The notes: generated by a model not told the origin, from the letters alone. 38,422 nt of DNA from an uncultured Planctomycetales bacterium (GCA_964389745.1 CAYMFV010000001.1:1-38422); one strand, 5' to 3'. Counted from the first letter of the stretch, positions 15,664-23,612 are shown. Numbers and translations: made by a program.

Positions 15664-16137
15664 ATGCCCCGCAACTACAAGTCCACCGCCCGCTTCCTCC
15701 AGCCGGACCCGCGCTTCGGGTCCAAGCTGGCCATGAAGTTCATCAACCAGATCATGTGGGATGGCAAGAAGTCCATCGCCATGCGGATCTTCTACGACGC
15801 CGTGGACATGGCCAGCAAGCGCCTCAAGGAAGTGCCCCCCGAGGAGGTCTTCGTCCGGGCCCTGGACAACGTCAAGCCGGCGGTGGAGGTGCGCAGCAAG
15901 CGCATCGGCGGCGCCACCTACCAGGTGCCCCGGGAGGTGGACCGGCGCCGGGCCCAGGCCCTGGCCATCCGCACCATCGTCAGCAACGCCCGGAAGAAGA
16001 AGGGCATGTCCATGGCCCGGCGGCTGGCCGCCGAGTTCGTGGATGCCTGCAACAACATGGGTGCCTCCGTCACCTGGAAGGAGAATGTCCACAAGATGGC
16101 CGAGGCCAACAAGGCCTACAGCCACTTCGCCCGCTAG
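15664..16137 (+). CDS. rpsG: 30S ribosomal protein S7
   Basis: Internal ATG of ORF 15370..16137, 157 aa: MPRNYKSTARFLQPDPRFGSKLAMKFINQIMWDGKKSIA...KENVHKMAEANKAYSHFAR. Confidence 0.96.
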   Translation: MPRNYKSTARFLQPDPRFGSKLAMKFINQIMWDGKKSIAMRIFYDAVDMASKRLKEVPPEEVFVRALDNVKPAVEVRSKRIGGATYQVPREVDRRRAQALAIRTIVSNARKKKGMSMARRLAAEFVDACNNMGASVTWKENVHKMAEANKAYSHFAR

Positions 16138-16143
16138 CCACCG

Positions 16144-16173
16144 GGGGCCGCCCCGGCCCCTCCGGGCGGCCCC
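16144..16173 (+). other. 9-bp all-G:C stem-loop in the rpsG to Tsr3-like spacer
   Basis: GGGGCCGCC (16144-16152) pairs perfectly with GGCGGCCCC (16165-16173) around a 12-nt loop, with no U-tract. It may be an attenuator or processing/stability element. Confidence 0.4.
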
Positions 16174-16206
16174 TGGTGGGCCGCCCGGCGCCGTTTCCGG
16201 CCCGCC

Positions 16207-16674
16207 ATGCCCCGCCCCCAGGTCATCGTCCTGCGCCTGGACAAGGAGGACCGGCGCAAGTGCAGCCTGACGGCCCTGCGCCGCCGGCGCCCGGAAGGTT
16301 TCCGCTGGCTCGACTGCCGGCTCGGAGACCGGGTGGAGGTGGGGGAGGTGACCTTCCTCCATCCCAGGGGGGAGCTCCTGGGCCCGGCCGACGCCGGGCG
16401 CCCCCTGCTCCTGGTGGACTCCTCCTGGCGGGACCTGCCCCGGGTCCTCCGGGGGGTCGAGGGCGTCCTGCACCGCCGCCGGCTGCCGGCCGGCCTGCGC
16501 ACCGCCTACCCCCGGCGTTCCCGGACCTTTCCGGACCCGGTTGCGGGCCTGGCCAGCATCGAGGCCCTGCACGCCGCCCTGGCCCGGCTGGGCTGGCGAG
16601 AAGACGGCCTCCTCGAGGGCTACCACTGGCGGGAGCTCTGGCTGGAGCGGAACGCGGCCCTCCTGCGGGCCTAG
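16207..16674 (+). CDS. Tsr3-like / DTW-superfamily aminocarboxypropyl (acp) transferase homologue
   Basis: 155-aa ORF carrying LDKEDRRKCS, DSSW (nt 16417-16428), HRRRLP, LASIEAL and W-x-x-L-W-L-E-R-N-A-A-LL. By eye this is colinear with archaeal Tsr3 as I remember it. It lacks the N-terminal CxxC of TapT/YfiP. Its stop lies 11 nt before the EF-G-like start. Confidence 0.6.
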   Translation: MPRPQVIVLRLDKEDRRKCSLTALRRRRPEGFRWLDCRLGDRVEVGEVTFLHPRGELLGPADAGRPLLLVDSSWRDLPRVLRGVEGVLHRRRLPAGLRTAYPRRSRTFPDPVAGLASIEALHAALARLGWREDGLLEGYHWRELWLERNAALLRA

Positions 16675-16685
16675 AATCCCCGACC

Positions 16686-18749
16686 ATGGACCTGGGCGCC
16701 CTGCGCAACATCGGGATCGTCGCCCACATCGACGCCGGCAAGACCACGGTCACCGAGCGGTTCCTCTACTACACCGGGGTCGAGCACCGCATGGGCGAGG
16801 TCCACGAGGGCACGACGGTCATGGACTGGATGGCCGAGGAGCGGGAGCGGGGGATCACCATCACGGCCGCCGTCACCCGCTGCCCGTGGCGGGAGCACGT
16901 GGTCCAGCTCATCGACACCCCCGGGCACGTGGACTTCAGCGCCGAGGTGGCTCGCTCCCTCCGGGTCCTGGACGGAGCCGTGGTGGTGCTTTGCGCCGTC
17001 GCCGGCGTCCAGGCCCAGACCGAGACCGTCCTCCGCCAGGCCGAGCACTTCCACCTGCCCTGGCTGGCCTTCGTGAACAAGATGGACCGGGCCGGGGCCG
17101 ACTTCCTGGCGGCGGTCCGCTCCCTGCGGAAGCGCCTGGGCGCTCCGGCCGTCCCGGTCCAGCTGCCGGCCGGCAGCGGCCCGGAGCTGCAAGGGGTCCT
17201 GGACCTCCTGGAGCCGGGCCTGCTCCGCTGGCGGCCAGGCAGCGACGGCCGGGAGTACGCCCGGGAGCCCGTCCCAGAGGCCCTCTGGGAGGAGGTGGCG
17301 GCGGCCCGCCGGCGGCTGGTGGAGGCGGTGGCCGAGACCGACGAGGCCCTGCTGGACGCCTACCTGACCGCCGACGGCCTGGGGACGGCCGAGCTCCGGG
17401 CGGGCCTGCGCCGGGCGGTGGCCCGCAGGGATCTGGTCCCGGTCCTGTGCGGGGCGGCCCTGCGCAACGTCGGCATCCAGCCCCTCCTGGACGCGGTGGT
17501 GGAGTGGCTGCCGTCTCCCCTGGAGCGGCCGCCGGTCCGGGGCTGGCTGCCCGGGGACCCGGGCACCGAGGTCCTGCGCCATCCCCGGGAGGACGAGCCC
17601 TTCTGCGGCCTGGTCTTCAAGCTCCAGCACGACGCCCACGGGGTCCAGGCCTTCTGCCGGGTGTACAGCGGCCGCATCCGGGAGGGGGACCAGGTGCACA
17701 ACGCCCGGACCGGCCGGGCCGAGCGGGTGCAGCAGGTCCTCCTGGCCCACGCCGACCACCGGGAGCGCCTCCGGGAGGCCGGTCCCGGGGCGATCGTGGT
17801 CCTCACGGGCCTTCGCCAGGCGGCGACCGGCGACACCCTCCACGCCCGGGGGGCGCCCATCGCCCTGCACCCCATCGAGTTCCCGGAGCCGGTCATCCGC
17901 CAGAGCATCGAGCCCAGGAGCGTCGCCGACCGGGACCGCCTCCTGGCGGCCCTCGCCGCCCTGGACCGGGAGGACCCCACCCTCCGGGTGGAGGTGGACG
18001 AGGACTCGGGCCAGGCGGTCCTGGCCGGTCTGGGCGAGCTGCACCTGGAGGTGGCCCTGCACCGCCTGGCCCGGGACTTCCGGGTGAACGCCCGGGCGGG
18101 CCGGCCCCTGGTGGCCTACCGGGAGTCCATCCGGGAGGCCGCCGAGGCCGAGGGGCAGGCCCAGCGGCCCCTGGCCGAGGGCGGCTACCAGGTGGTCACC
18201 GCCCGGGTCCAGGTGGAGCCCGCCGACGTGGCCAGGCCGGAGCTGGAGGTGGCGGCGGACCTGGGGCTCCTGGAGCGCCCGGTCCGGGAGGCCTTCCTGG
18301 CCGAGGCCGCGAGCCTCCTGGACCGGGGCGGGGACCTCGGCTTCCCCCTGGCCCGGCTGCGGGCCACGGTCCGGGAGCTGGCCTGGCAGCCCTCGGGGGC
18401 GGCACCGGGGGCGGACCTCCTCCTGGGTGCGGTCTCCCGGGCCCTGGACCGGGCCTTCGACGGCCGGGCTCTCCTCCTGGAGCCGGTGATGGCCCTCCGG
18501 GTGGAGGTGCCCGAGGAGTTCCTGAGCGGGGTCCTGGCCGACCTCCAGGCCCGCCAGGCCGAGGTCGAGGATCTGGAGATCGCCGGGGGGCTCCGGCGGA
18601 TCCGGGCCCGGGTGCCCCTGGAGCGGATGTTCGCCTACTCCACCGACCTGCGCTCCCTGACCCAGGGCCGGGGGCAGTTCAGTCTGGAGCCCGCGGGCTA
18701 CCAGCCGGTCCCGCCGGAGCGAGCCCGGGGTCTCGGCCTGGCGGTCTAG
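16686..18749 (+). CDS. fusA: Elongation factor G family GTPase in the fusA position; divergent, with degenerate domain IV
   Basis: Internal ATG of ORF 15756..18749, 687 aa. It has AHIDAGKTT, RGITI, DTPGHVDF, NKMD, a G' insert, and domains II, III and V (TGDTL, EPVIRQSIEP, GELHLEV, YSTDLRSLTQGRG). The domain IV loops QSGGRGQYGH and H-x-VDSS are replaced by RPLAEGGYQVV and AWQPSGAAPG. Confidence 0.85.
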   Translation: MDLGALRNIGIVAHIDAGKTTVTERFLYYTGVEHRMGEVHEGTTVMDWMAEERERGITITAAVTRCPWREHVVQLIDTPGHVDFSAEVARSLRVLDGAVVVLCAVAGVQAQTETVLRQAEHFHLPWLAFVNKMDRAGADFLAAVRSLRKRLGAPAVPVQLPAGSGPELQGVLDLLEPGLLRWRPGSDGREYAREPVPEALWEEVAAARRRLVEAVAETDEALLDAYLTADGLGTAELRAGLRRAVARRDLVPVLCGAALRNVGIQPLLDAVVEWLPSPLERPPVRGWLPGDPGTEVLRHPREDEPFCGLVFKLQHDAHGVQAFCRVYSGRIREGDQVHNARTGRAERVQQVLLAHADHRERLREAGPGAIVVLTGLRQAATGDTLHARGAPIALHPIEFPEPVIRQSIEPRSVADRDRLLAALAALDREDPTLRVEVDEDSGQAVLAGLGELHLEVALHRLARDFRVNARAGRPLVAYRESIREAAEAEGQAQRPLAEGGYQVVTARVQVEPADVARPELEVAADLGLLERPVREAFLAEAASLLDRGGDLGFPLARLRATVRELAWQPSGAAPGADLLLGAVSRALDRAFDGRALLLEPVMALRVEVPEEFLSGVLADLQARQAEVEDLEIAGGLRRIRARVPLERMFAYSTDLRSLTQGRGQFSLEPAGYQPVPPERARGLGLAV

Positions 18750-18755
18750 GGCGGT

Positions 18756-18771
18756 GCCGGGCTTTCCCGGC
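18756..18771 (+). terminator. Hairpin GCCGGG-cttt-CCCGGC immediately after the EF-G-like stop
   Basis: Perfect 6-bp stem with a 4-nt loop, 7 nt after the stop and directly before promoter candidate P3. No U-tract. Confidence 0.3.
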
Positions 18772-18779
18772 CCGGCGCC

Positions 18780-18807
18780 TTGACCCTGGGCTGCCTACTG
18801 CTAGAAT
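18780..18807 (+). promoter_or_regulatory. Sigma70-type promoter candidate P3 (TTGACC-N16-TAGAAT) upstream of the S10 cluster
   Basis: TTGACC at 18780-18785, a 16-nt spacer, then TAGAAT at 18802-18807. It would give a leader of about 130 nt before the rpsJ ATG at 18948. Confidence 0.5.
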
Positions 18808-18947
18808 TCCTGGCCGCTTTCGGCGGCAGGTCCAGTCCAGGGCGCTTCCAGACCGTCTTCCCCGGCGTTCCTCGCGCCCCCAGGGGGGGATCCTGCCGTT
18901 CCGACGCTGCGGCCCTCCCGCAGTTCCGAAGAGCCCGACCCGCAGAC

Positions 18948-19253
18948 ATGGGGAATCGCATCCAGATCCGCCTCGAGGCCTACGACCACGAGGCCATCGA
19001 CCAGGCCACCGAATCCATCCTGGAGGCGGCGCGCCTGACCGGGGTCAAGGTGTCGGGACCGATCCCGCTGCCGACCCGCATCGAGCGGTACACGGTCCTC
19101 CGCTCGCCACACATCGACAAGAAGTCCCGGGAGCAGTTCGAGATCCGCACGCACAAGCGGCTCATGTACCTCCTGGACCCGACCCCCCAGACCGTCGATG
19201 CCCTCAACCGGCTGGTGCTCAGTGCAGGAGTGGACGTCCGCATCAAGGTCTGA
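18948..19253 (+). CDS. rpsJ: 30S ribosomal protein S10
   Basis: Internal ATG of ORF 18780..19253 (whose listed start is a TTG), 101 aa: [19 protein letters not shown]...[36 protein letters not shown]. Confidence 0.96.
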   Translation: MGNRIQIRLEAYDHEAIDQATESILEAARLTGVKVSGPIPLPTRIERYTVLRSPHIDKKSREQFEIRTHKRLMYLLDPTPQTVDALNRLVLSAGVDVRIKV

Positions 19254-19334
19254 GCGCCGGCCCGACCGGTCCCGCATGCTCCTGCTGGAGCCGCTGCGAA
19301 TTTCCCGAATGGATCCCGGGACGACTGAAGAGAG

Positions 19335-20075
19335 ATGCCCGACACCAAGTTCCTGCTGGCACGGAAGAAGGGGATGACCCAGGTCTTCCGGGAGGACGGC
19401 ACGGTGGTGCCGGTCACGATCCTGGAAGCGGGCCCGTGCACGGTCACCGGTCTCCGCACCCGGGAGCGGGACGGCTACACCGCCGTCCAGCTCGGCTTCC
19501 TCCCGGCCCGGGCGAAGCACGTCCGCAAGCCCCAGCGGGTCGCCGCCGAGAAGGCCGGGGTCAAGCCCCACCGGGTCCTCCGGGAGTTCCGGGTGGCCGC
19601 GGTGGAGGCCTGGCGGACCGGCCAGGAGCTGCGCTGCGACCTGTTCCAGCCCGGCGACGTGGTGGACATCGCCGGCACCTCCAAGGGCCGGGGCTTCGCC
19701 GGCACGGTGAAGGCCCACGGATTCTCCCGGGGGCCGGAGACCCACGGTTCCATGAACGTCCGGGCGCCCGGTTCGATCGGCTGCTCCGCCTACCCCGCCC
19801 GGGTCTTCAAGGGCACGCGCATGGCCCGTCACCACGGCGCCCGGCGCGCCACGATCAAGAACCTGGTGATCGAGGCCGTGGAGCCCGACCTGGGCCTGAT
19901 CCTGGTCCGGGGCGGCGTCCCCGGGCCGCCCAACGGCATCCTCGAGATCCGCAGCGCCAAGGCCCCGACGCCTGGGGCCTTCCGTCGTTCCCGGCAGGCC
20001 GGCTCCCTCCACGCCCCGGGACGGCCGGCCCCCGAAGCCGCCGCCGAGGAGACCGCGGGAGGCGAGGAGGAGTAG
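19335..20075 (+). CDS. rplC: 50S ribosomal protein L3 (about 35-aa low-complexity acidic C-terminal extension)
   Basis: 246-aa ORF with KKGMTQVF, GTSKGRGFAGTVKAHGF and PGSIG motifs. Confidence 0.95.
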   Translation: MPDTKFLLARKKGMTQVFREDGTVVPVTILEAGPCTVTGLRTRERDGYTAVQLGFLPARAKHVRKPQRVAAEKAGVKPHRVLREFRVAAVEAWRTGQELRCDLFQPGDVVDIAGTSKGRGFAGTVKAHGFSRGPETHGSMNVRAPGSIGCSAYPARVFKGTRMARHHGARRATIKNLVIEAVEPDLGLILVRGGVPGPPNGILEIRSAKAPTPGAFRRSRQAGSLHAPGRPAPEAAAEETAGGEEE

Positions 20076-20079
20076 TCCG

Positions 20080-20760
20080 ATGGTGCGCATCCCCACCTAC
20101 GACGTGGCCACCGCCGCCAGCGGCGAGCGGGAGTTCGACAGCGCCGCCCTGGGCGAGCGGGTCCTGTACCGCACCCTCAAGGAGGTGCTGGTCCAGTACC
20201 TGGCCAACCGCCGGCAGGGCGACGCCCATACCAAGGTGCGCTCGGAGATCTCCGGCCACCGGAAGAAGCCCTGGAAGCAGAAGAAGACCGGTCGCGCCCG
20301 GCACGGCGACCGGCGCAGTCCGCTCTGGCGGGGAGGGGCGACGGTCTTCGGCCCGCGCAACGACCGCCATTGGCACTACTACCTGCCCCGGCGGCAGCGG
20401 CTCGTGGCCCTGAGCGGCGCCTTGCTGGGCAAGCTCCAGGACGGCGAGGTCCGGGAGTTCCGGGGCCTCTCCCTGGAGACCCCCTCGGCCAAGACCGCCC
20501 GCAAGCTGCTGACCGAGTGCGCCGGTGCAGGCAGCGTCCTGGTCCTCCTCCGGGAGCATGACCCGGTGCTCTGGCTGTCCTTCCGGAACTTCCCCCGGGT
20601 CTCGGTCCGGCCCGCCGCCGAGGCCACGGCCTACGACCTCCTGGCGCACCGCTGGGTCCTGGCCCAGGAGGGCGCCCTGGACGTCCTCCAGGCCCGCTGC
20701 ACCGCCGGCCGTGCGGCGCAGGCGACCGCCGCCACGAGCAGTGAGGAGGAGCAGGCATGA
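20080..20760 (+). CDS. rplD: 50S ribosomal protein L4
   Basis: 226-aa ORF in the canonical position with KPWKQKKTGRARHGDRRSPLWRGGATVFGPR. Confidence 0.95.
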   Translation: MVRIPTYDVATAASGEREFDSAALGERVLYRTLKEVLVQYLANRRQGDAHTKVRSEISGHRKKPWKQKKTGRARHGDRRSPLWRGGATVFGPRNDRHWHYYLPRRQRLVALSGALLGKLQDGEVREFRGLSLETPSAKTARKLLTECAGAGSVLVLLREHDPVLWLSFRNFPRVSVRPAAEATAYDLLAHRWVLAQEGALDVLQARCTAGRAAQATAATSSEEEQA

Positions 20761-21047
20761 CCAGCCTCCAGGAGTGCTACCGCATCATCCTCAAGCCTGT
20801 CCTGACCGAGAAGTCCACGGACGAGCAGGCCCGGGACAACGTCTACCGCTTCGAGGTGGCGCCCGGCGCCAACAAGATCGAGATCAAGGCCGCCATCGAG
20901 CGCCTCTTCGAGGTGAAGGTGCGCAAGGTGCGGACCCAGATCCGGCCGGGCAAGCCGCGCCGTCGCGGCCTCACCGCCTACCACACCCCGGCCCGCAAGA
21001 TCGCCATCGTGGCGCTCGAGGAAGGCCAGAAGATCGAGCTGATGTGA
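20757..21047 (+). CDS. rplW: 50S ribosomal protein L23
   Basis: 96-aa ORF overlapping the rplD stop (ATGA): ILKPVLTEKST...YRFEVAPGANKIEIKAAIERLFEVKV. Confidence 0.95.
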   Translation: MTSLQECYRIILKPVLTEKSTDEQARDNVYRFEVAPGANKIEIKAAIERLFEVKVRKVRTQIRPGKPRRRGLTAYHTPARKIAIVALEEGQKIELM

Positions 21048-21064
21048 GCGGGGGAGCCTGACCC

Positions 21065-21898
21065 ATGGGCATCAAGACCTACAAGCCGACCTCGCCCGGG
21101 CGCCGTGGCGCCTCGGTCCTGGACCGGGCGGAGATCACCCGGCAGAAGCCGGAGAAGAGCCTGCTCGCACCCCTCAAGAAGAGCGGCGGCCGGAACAACC
21201 TCGGCCGGGTGACCGTGCGCCATCGGGGCGGCGGCCACAAGCGGCGCTACCGGATCATCGACTTCAAGCGGGACAAGGACGGCGTCCCGGCCAAGGTCGC
21301 GCACATCGAGTACGACCCGAACCGCAGCGCCTACATCGCCCTGCTCCACTACGCCGACGGCGAGAAGCGCTACATCCTCTGGCCCAAGGGCCTCAAGCAG
21401 GGCGACCTCGTCACCTCCGGCCCGGGCTCGGAGCCGAAGATCGGTTGCGCCATGACCCTGGCCGACATCCCCCTCGGCCTGGAGGTGCACAACGTCGAGC
21501 TGCGTCCCGGCCAGGGCGGCAAGATGGTCCGTGCCGCCGGCACCTCCGCACGCCTGGCCGCCCGGGAGGGCAAGTACGCCCTCCTGTCCCTGCCCAGCGG
21601 CGAGCTGCGCAAGGTGCTGGTCACGTGCCGGGCCACGATTGGCGAGGTGGGCAACGCCGACCACCAGAACGTCACCCTGGGCAAGGCCGGCCGCAAGCGC
21701 CACATGGGCAAGCGGCCCCACGTCCGGGGCGTCGCCATGTACCCGGCCGCCCACCCCCACGGTGGGGGTGAAGGCCGCACCAAGGGCAAGCACCCGGTGT
21801 CCCCGTGGGGCAAGCCTGCCAAGGGGTCGAAGACCCGTAACCGCCGGAAGCCCGGCAGCAAGCTCATCGTTCGCCGTCGCAAGAGAGGAGTCCGCTAG
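21065..21898 (+). CDS. rplB: 50S ribosomal protein L2
   Basis: 277-aa [17 protein letters not shown]...[15 protein letters not shown]...[10 protein letters not shown]. Confidence 0.98.
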   Translation: MGIKTYKPTSPGRRGASVLDRAEITRQKPEKSLLAPLKKSGGRNNLGRVTVRHRGGGHKRRYRIIDFKRDKDGVPAKVAHIEYDPNRSAYIALLHYADGEKRYILWPKGLKQGDLVTSGPGSEPKIGCAMTLADIPLGLEVHNVELRPGQGGKMVRAAGTSARLAAREGKYALLSLPSGELRKVLVTCRATIGEVGNADHQNVTLGKAGRKRHMGKRPHVRGVAMYPAAHPHGGGEGRTKGKHPVSPWGKPAKGSKTRNRRKPGSKLIVRRRKRGVR

Positions 21899-21901
21899 GC
21901 C

Positions 21902-22165
21902 ATGGGGCGCAGTGTCAAGAAGGGACCGTGGGTGGACCCCCGGGTCCACCGCAAGGTGCTCAAGGCCCTGGAGACCGGGGATCGGCAGCCGATCCGCACC
22001 TGGTCCAGGGCGAGCACCATCCTTCCCGAGTACGTCGGGCTGACCTTCATGGTCCACAACGGCAAGACCTTCTGGAAGGTCTTCGTCACCGAGGACATGG
22101 TCGGCCACCGTCTCGGCGAGTTCTCCCCGACCCGGACCTTCCGCGGCCACACCAAGGGCAAGTAG
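21902..22165 (+). CDS. rpsS: 30S ribosomal protein S19
   Basis: 87-aa [15 protein letters not shown]...VHNGKTF...[18 protein letters not shown]. Confidence 0.97.
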   Translation: MGRSVKKGPWVDPRVHRKVLKALETGDRQPIRTWSRASTILPEYVGLTFMVHNGKTFWKVFVTEDMVGHRLGEFSPTRTFRGHTKGK

Positions 22166-22178
22166 CCAGTACCCGGAC

Positions 22179-22529
22179 ATGGAATTCCGCGCCGTCCACC
22201 GCTTCGCACGGATCGCCGCCTCCAAGGCCCGGCCGGCCGCCGACCTGATCCGTGGCCGGGACGTGAACATGGCCCTGGAGCTCCTCGAACACCACCCGAG
22301 CCGGGGCGCCTACCTCCTGGCCAAGGTGCTTCGCTCCGCCGTCGCCAACGCCGCCCAGGACGACGCTGTCGACGTCAACCGCCTGGTGGTGGTGGACGCC
22401 CGGGCCGACGGAGGCCCCCTCCTCCAGGGCCGGATGCGCTGGCGGCCGGGCCCCATGGGCCGAGCCATGCCCATCCGCCGTCGGACCTCCCACCTGAAGG
22501 TCACCCTCGCCGAGAAGGAGGGCCAGTAG
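22179..22529 (+). CDS. rplV: 50S ribosomal protein L22
   Basis: 116-aa ORF in the canonical position: IAASKARPAADLIRGRDVNMALELL...RWRPGPMGRAMPIRRRTSHLKVTL. Confidence 0.95.
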   Translation: MEFRAVHRFARIAASKARPAADLIRGRDVNMALELLEHHPSRGAYLLAKVLRSAVANAAQDDAVDVNRLVVVDARADGGPLLQGRMRWRPGPMGRAMPIRRRTSHLKVTLAEKEGQ

Positions 22530-22531
22530 AC

Positions 22532-23167
22532 ATGGGCCAGAAGATCCATCCCATCGGCTTCCGCGTCGGCATCTCCGAGCCCTGGCGTTCCCGCTGGTTC
22601 GCCCGGGGCCGGAATTACGCCGACAAGCTGCTCATGGACTTCCGCATCCGGGAGGTCATCCGCAAGCGCTTCCGCAAGGGGATCATCTCCCGGATCGACA
22701 TCCAGCAGCGCGGAGATCGGGTGACGATCTACCTGCGCTGCACCCGCAAGGGCGAGGTCATCGGCCGCGGTTATGCCACCCGGGACGCCCTGGTGGCCGA
22801 CCTGGAGCAACTGACGGGCATGGAGGTCAAGCTGGACATCCAGGAGGTCCGGCACTGGGACCTGGACGCCCAGACCGTCGCCGAGAACCTGGCGGCCGCC
22901 ACCGAGCGCCGGGTGTCGCCCCGGCGGCAGATGAAGCGCGTCCTTGAGAACTGCATGAACGCCGGCGCCGAGGGCGTGAAGATCCAGGTCAGCGGGCGTA
23001 TTGACGGCGCCGAGATGAGCCGGACCCTCACCCAACGGGCGGGCCGCATTCCCCTCCAGACCCTGGACGCCCGCATCGACTACGGCTTCTCGGAGGCGAA
23101 GACCGTGGCCGGGATCGTCGGCGTCAAGGTCTGGATCTTCAGCGGGCGCGACGAGAACGAGATCTGA
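22532..23167 (+). CDS. rpsC: 30S ribosomal protein S3
   Basis: 211-aa ORF MGQKIHPIGFRVGI... with KH and C-terminal domains (GAEMSRT...GRIPLQTLDARIDYG). Confidence 0.97.
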   Translation: MGQKIHPIGFRVGISEPWRSRWFARGRNYADKLLMDFRIREVIRKRFRKGIISRIDIQQRGDRVTIYLRCTRKGEVIGRGYATRDALVADLEQLTGMEVKLDIQEVRHWDLDAQTVAENLAAATERRVSPRRQMKRVLENCMNAGAEGVKIQVSGRIDGAEMSRTLTQRAGRIPLQTLDARIDYGFSEAKTVAGIVGVKVWIFSGRDENEI

Positions 23168-23185
23168 GGCGGGGAGGAAGCAGCC

Positions 23186-23596
23186 ATGTTGATGCCCAAA
23201 CGAGTCAAGTACCGAAAGACCCAGCGGGGCCGTGTCAAGGGCAAGGCCACCCGGGGCAACACCGTGGCCTTCGGCGACTTCGGTCTCCAGGCCCTCGAGT
23301 GGTGCTGGCTGTCGGCGCGGACCATCGAAGCCGGCCGGGTGGCGGCGACCCGGGCGGCGGGCGAGGCCCGGCTGTGGATCCGGGTCTTCCCCCACAAGTC
23401 CGTGACCGCCAAGCCCCAGGAAGTGCGCATGGGCTCCGGCAAGGGCGATGTCGACCGCTGGGTGGCCGTCGTCAAGCCCGGGACCATCCTCTACGAGCTG
23501 GGCGGGGTCGACGAGCGCACCGCCCGCAAGGCCTTCAACCGCGTTGCCCACAAGATGCCGGTGCGGGTGCGCATGGTCGCCCGCAAGCACATCTAG
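23186..23596 (+). CDS. rplP: 50S ribosomal protein L16
   Basis: 136-aa ORF MLMPKRVKYRKTQRGR...RMGSGKGDVDRWVAVVKPGTILYE. Confidence 0.97.
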   Translation: MLMPKRVKYRKTQRGRVKGKATRGNTVAFGDFGLQALEWCWLSARTIEAGRVAATRAAGEARLWIRVFPHKSVTAKPQEVRMGSGKGDVDRWVAVVKPGTILYELGGVDERTARKAFNRVAHKMPVRVRMVARKHI

Positions 23597-23612
23597 GAGC
23601 TCGGAGAGGACC

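Noticed and set aside
16207-18749. Idea that the Tsr3-like enzyme puts an acp group on the adjacent EF-G paralogue, by analogy with diphthamide on eEF2 domain IV
   Set aside because: Diphthamide acp transfer uses the unrelated radical-SAM Dph2 enzyme. The EF-G-like domain IV tip here has no conserved His. Tsr3/DTW enzymes are only known to act on RNA uridines. I kept this as a remote alternative only.
16541-20413. 1290-aa + strand ORF running out of frame through the EF-G-like gene, rpsJ, rplC and rplD
   Set aside because: It is an alternative frame of four real genes with extreme Pro/Gly/Arg content. No protein family resembles it.
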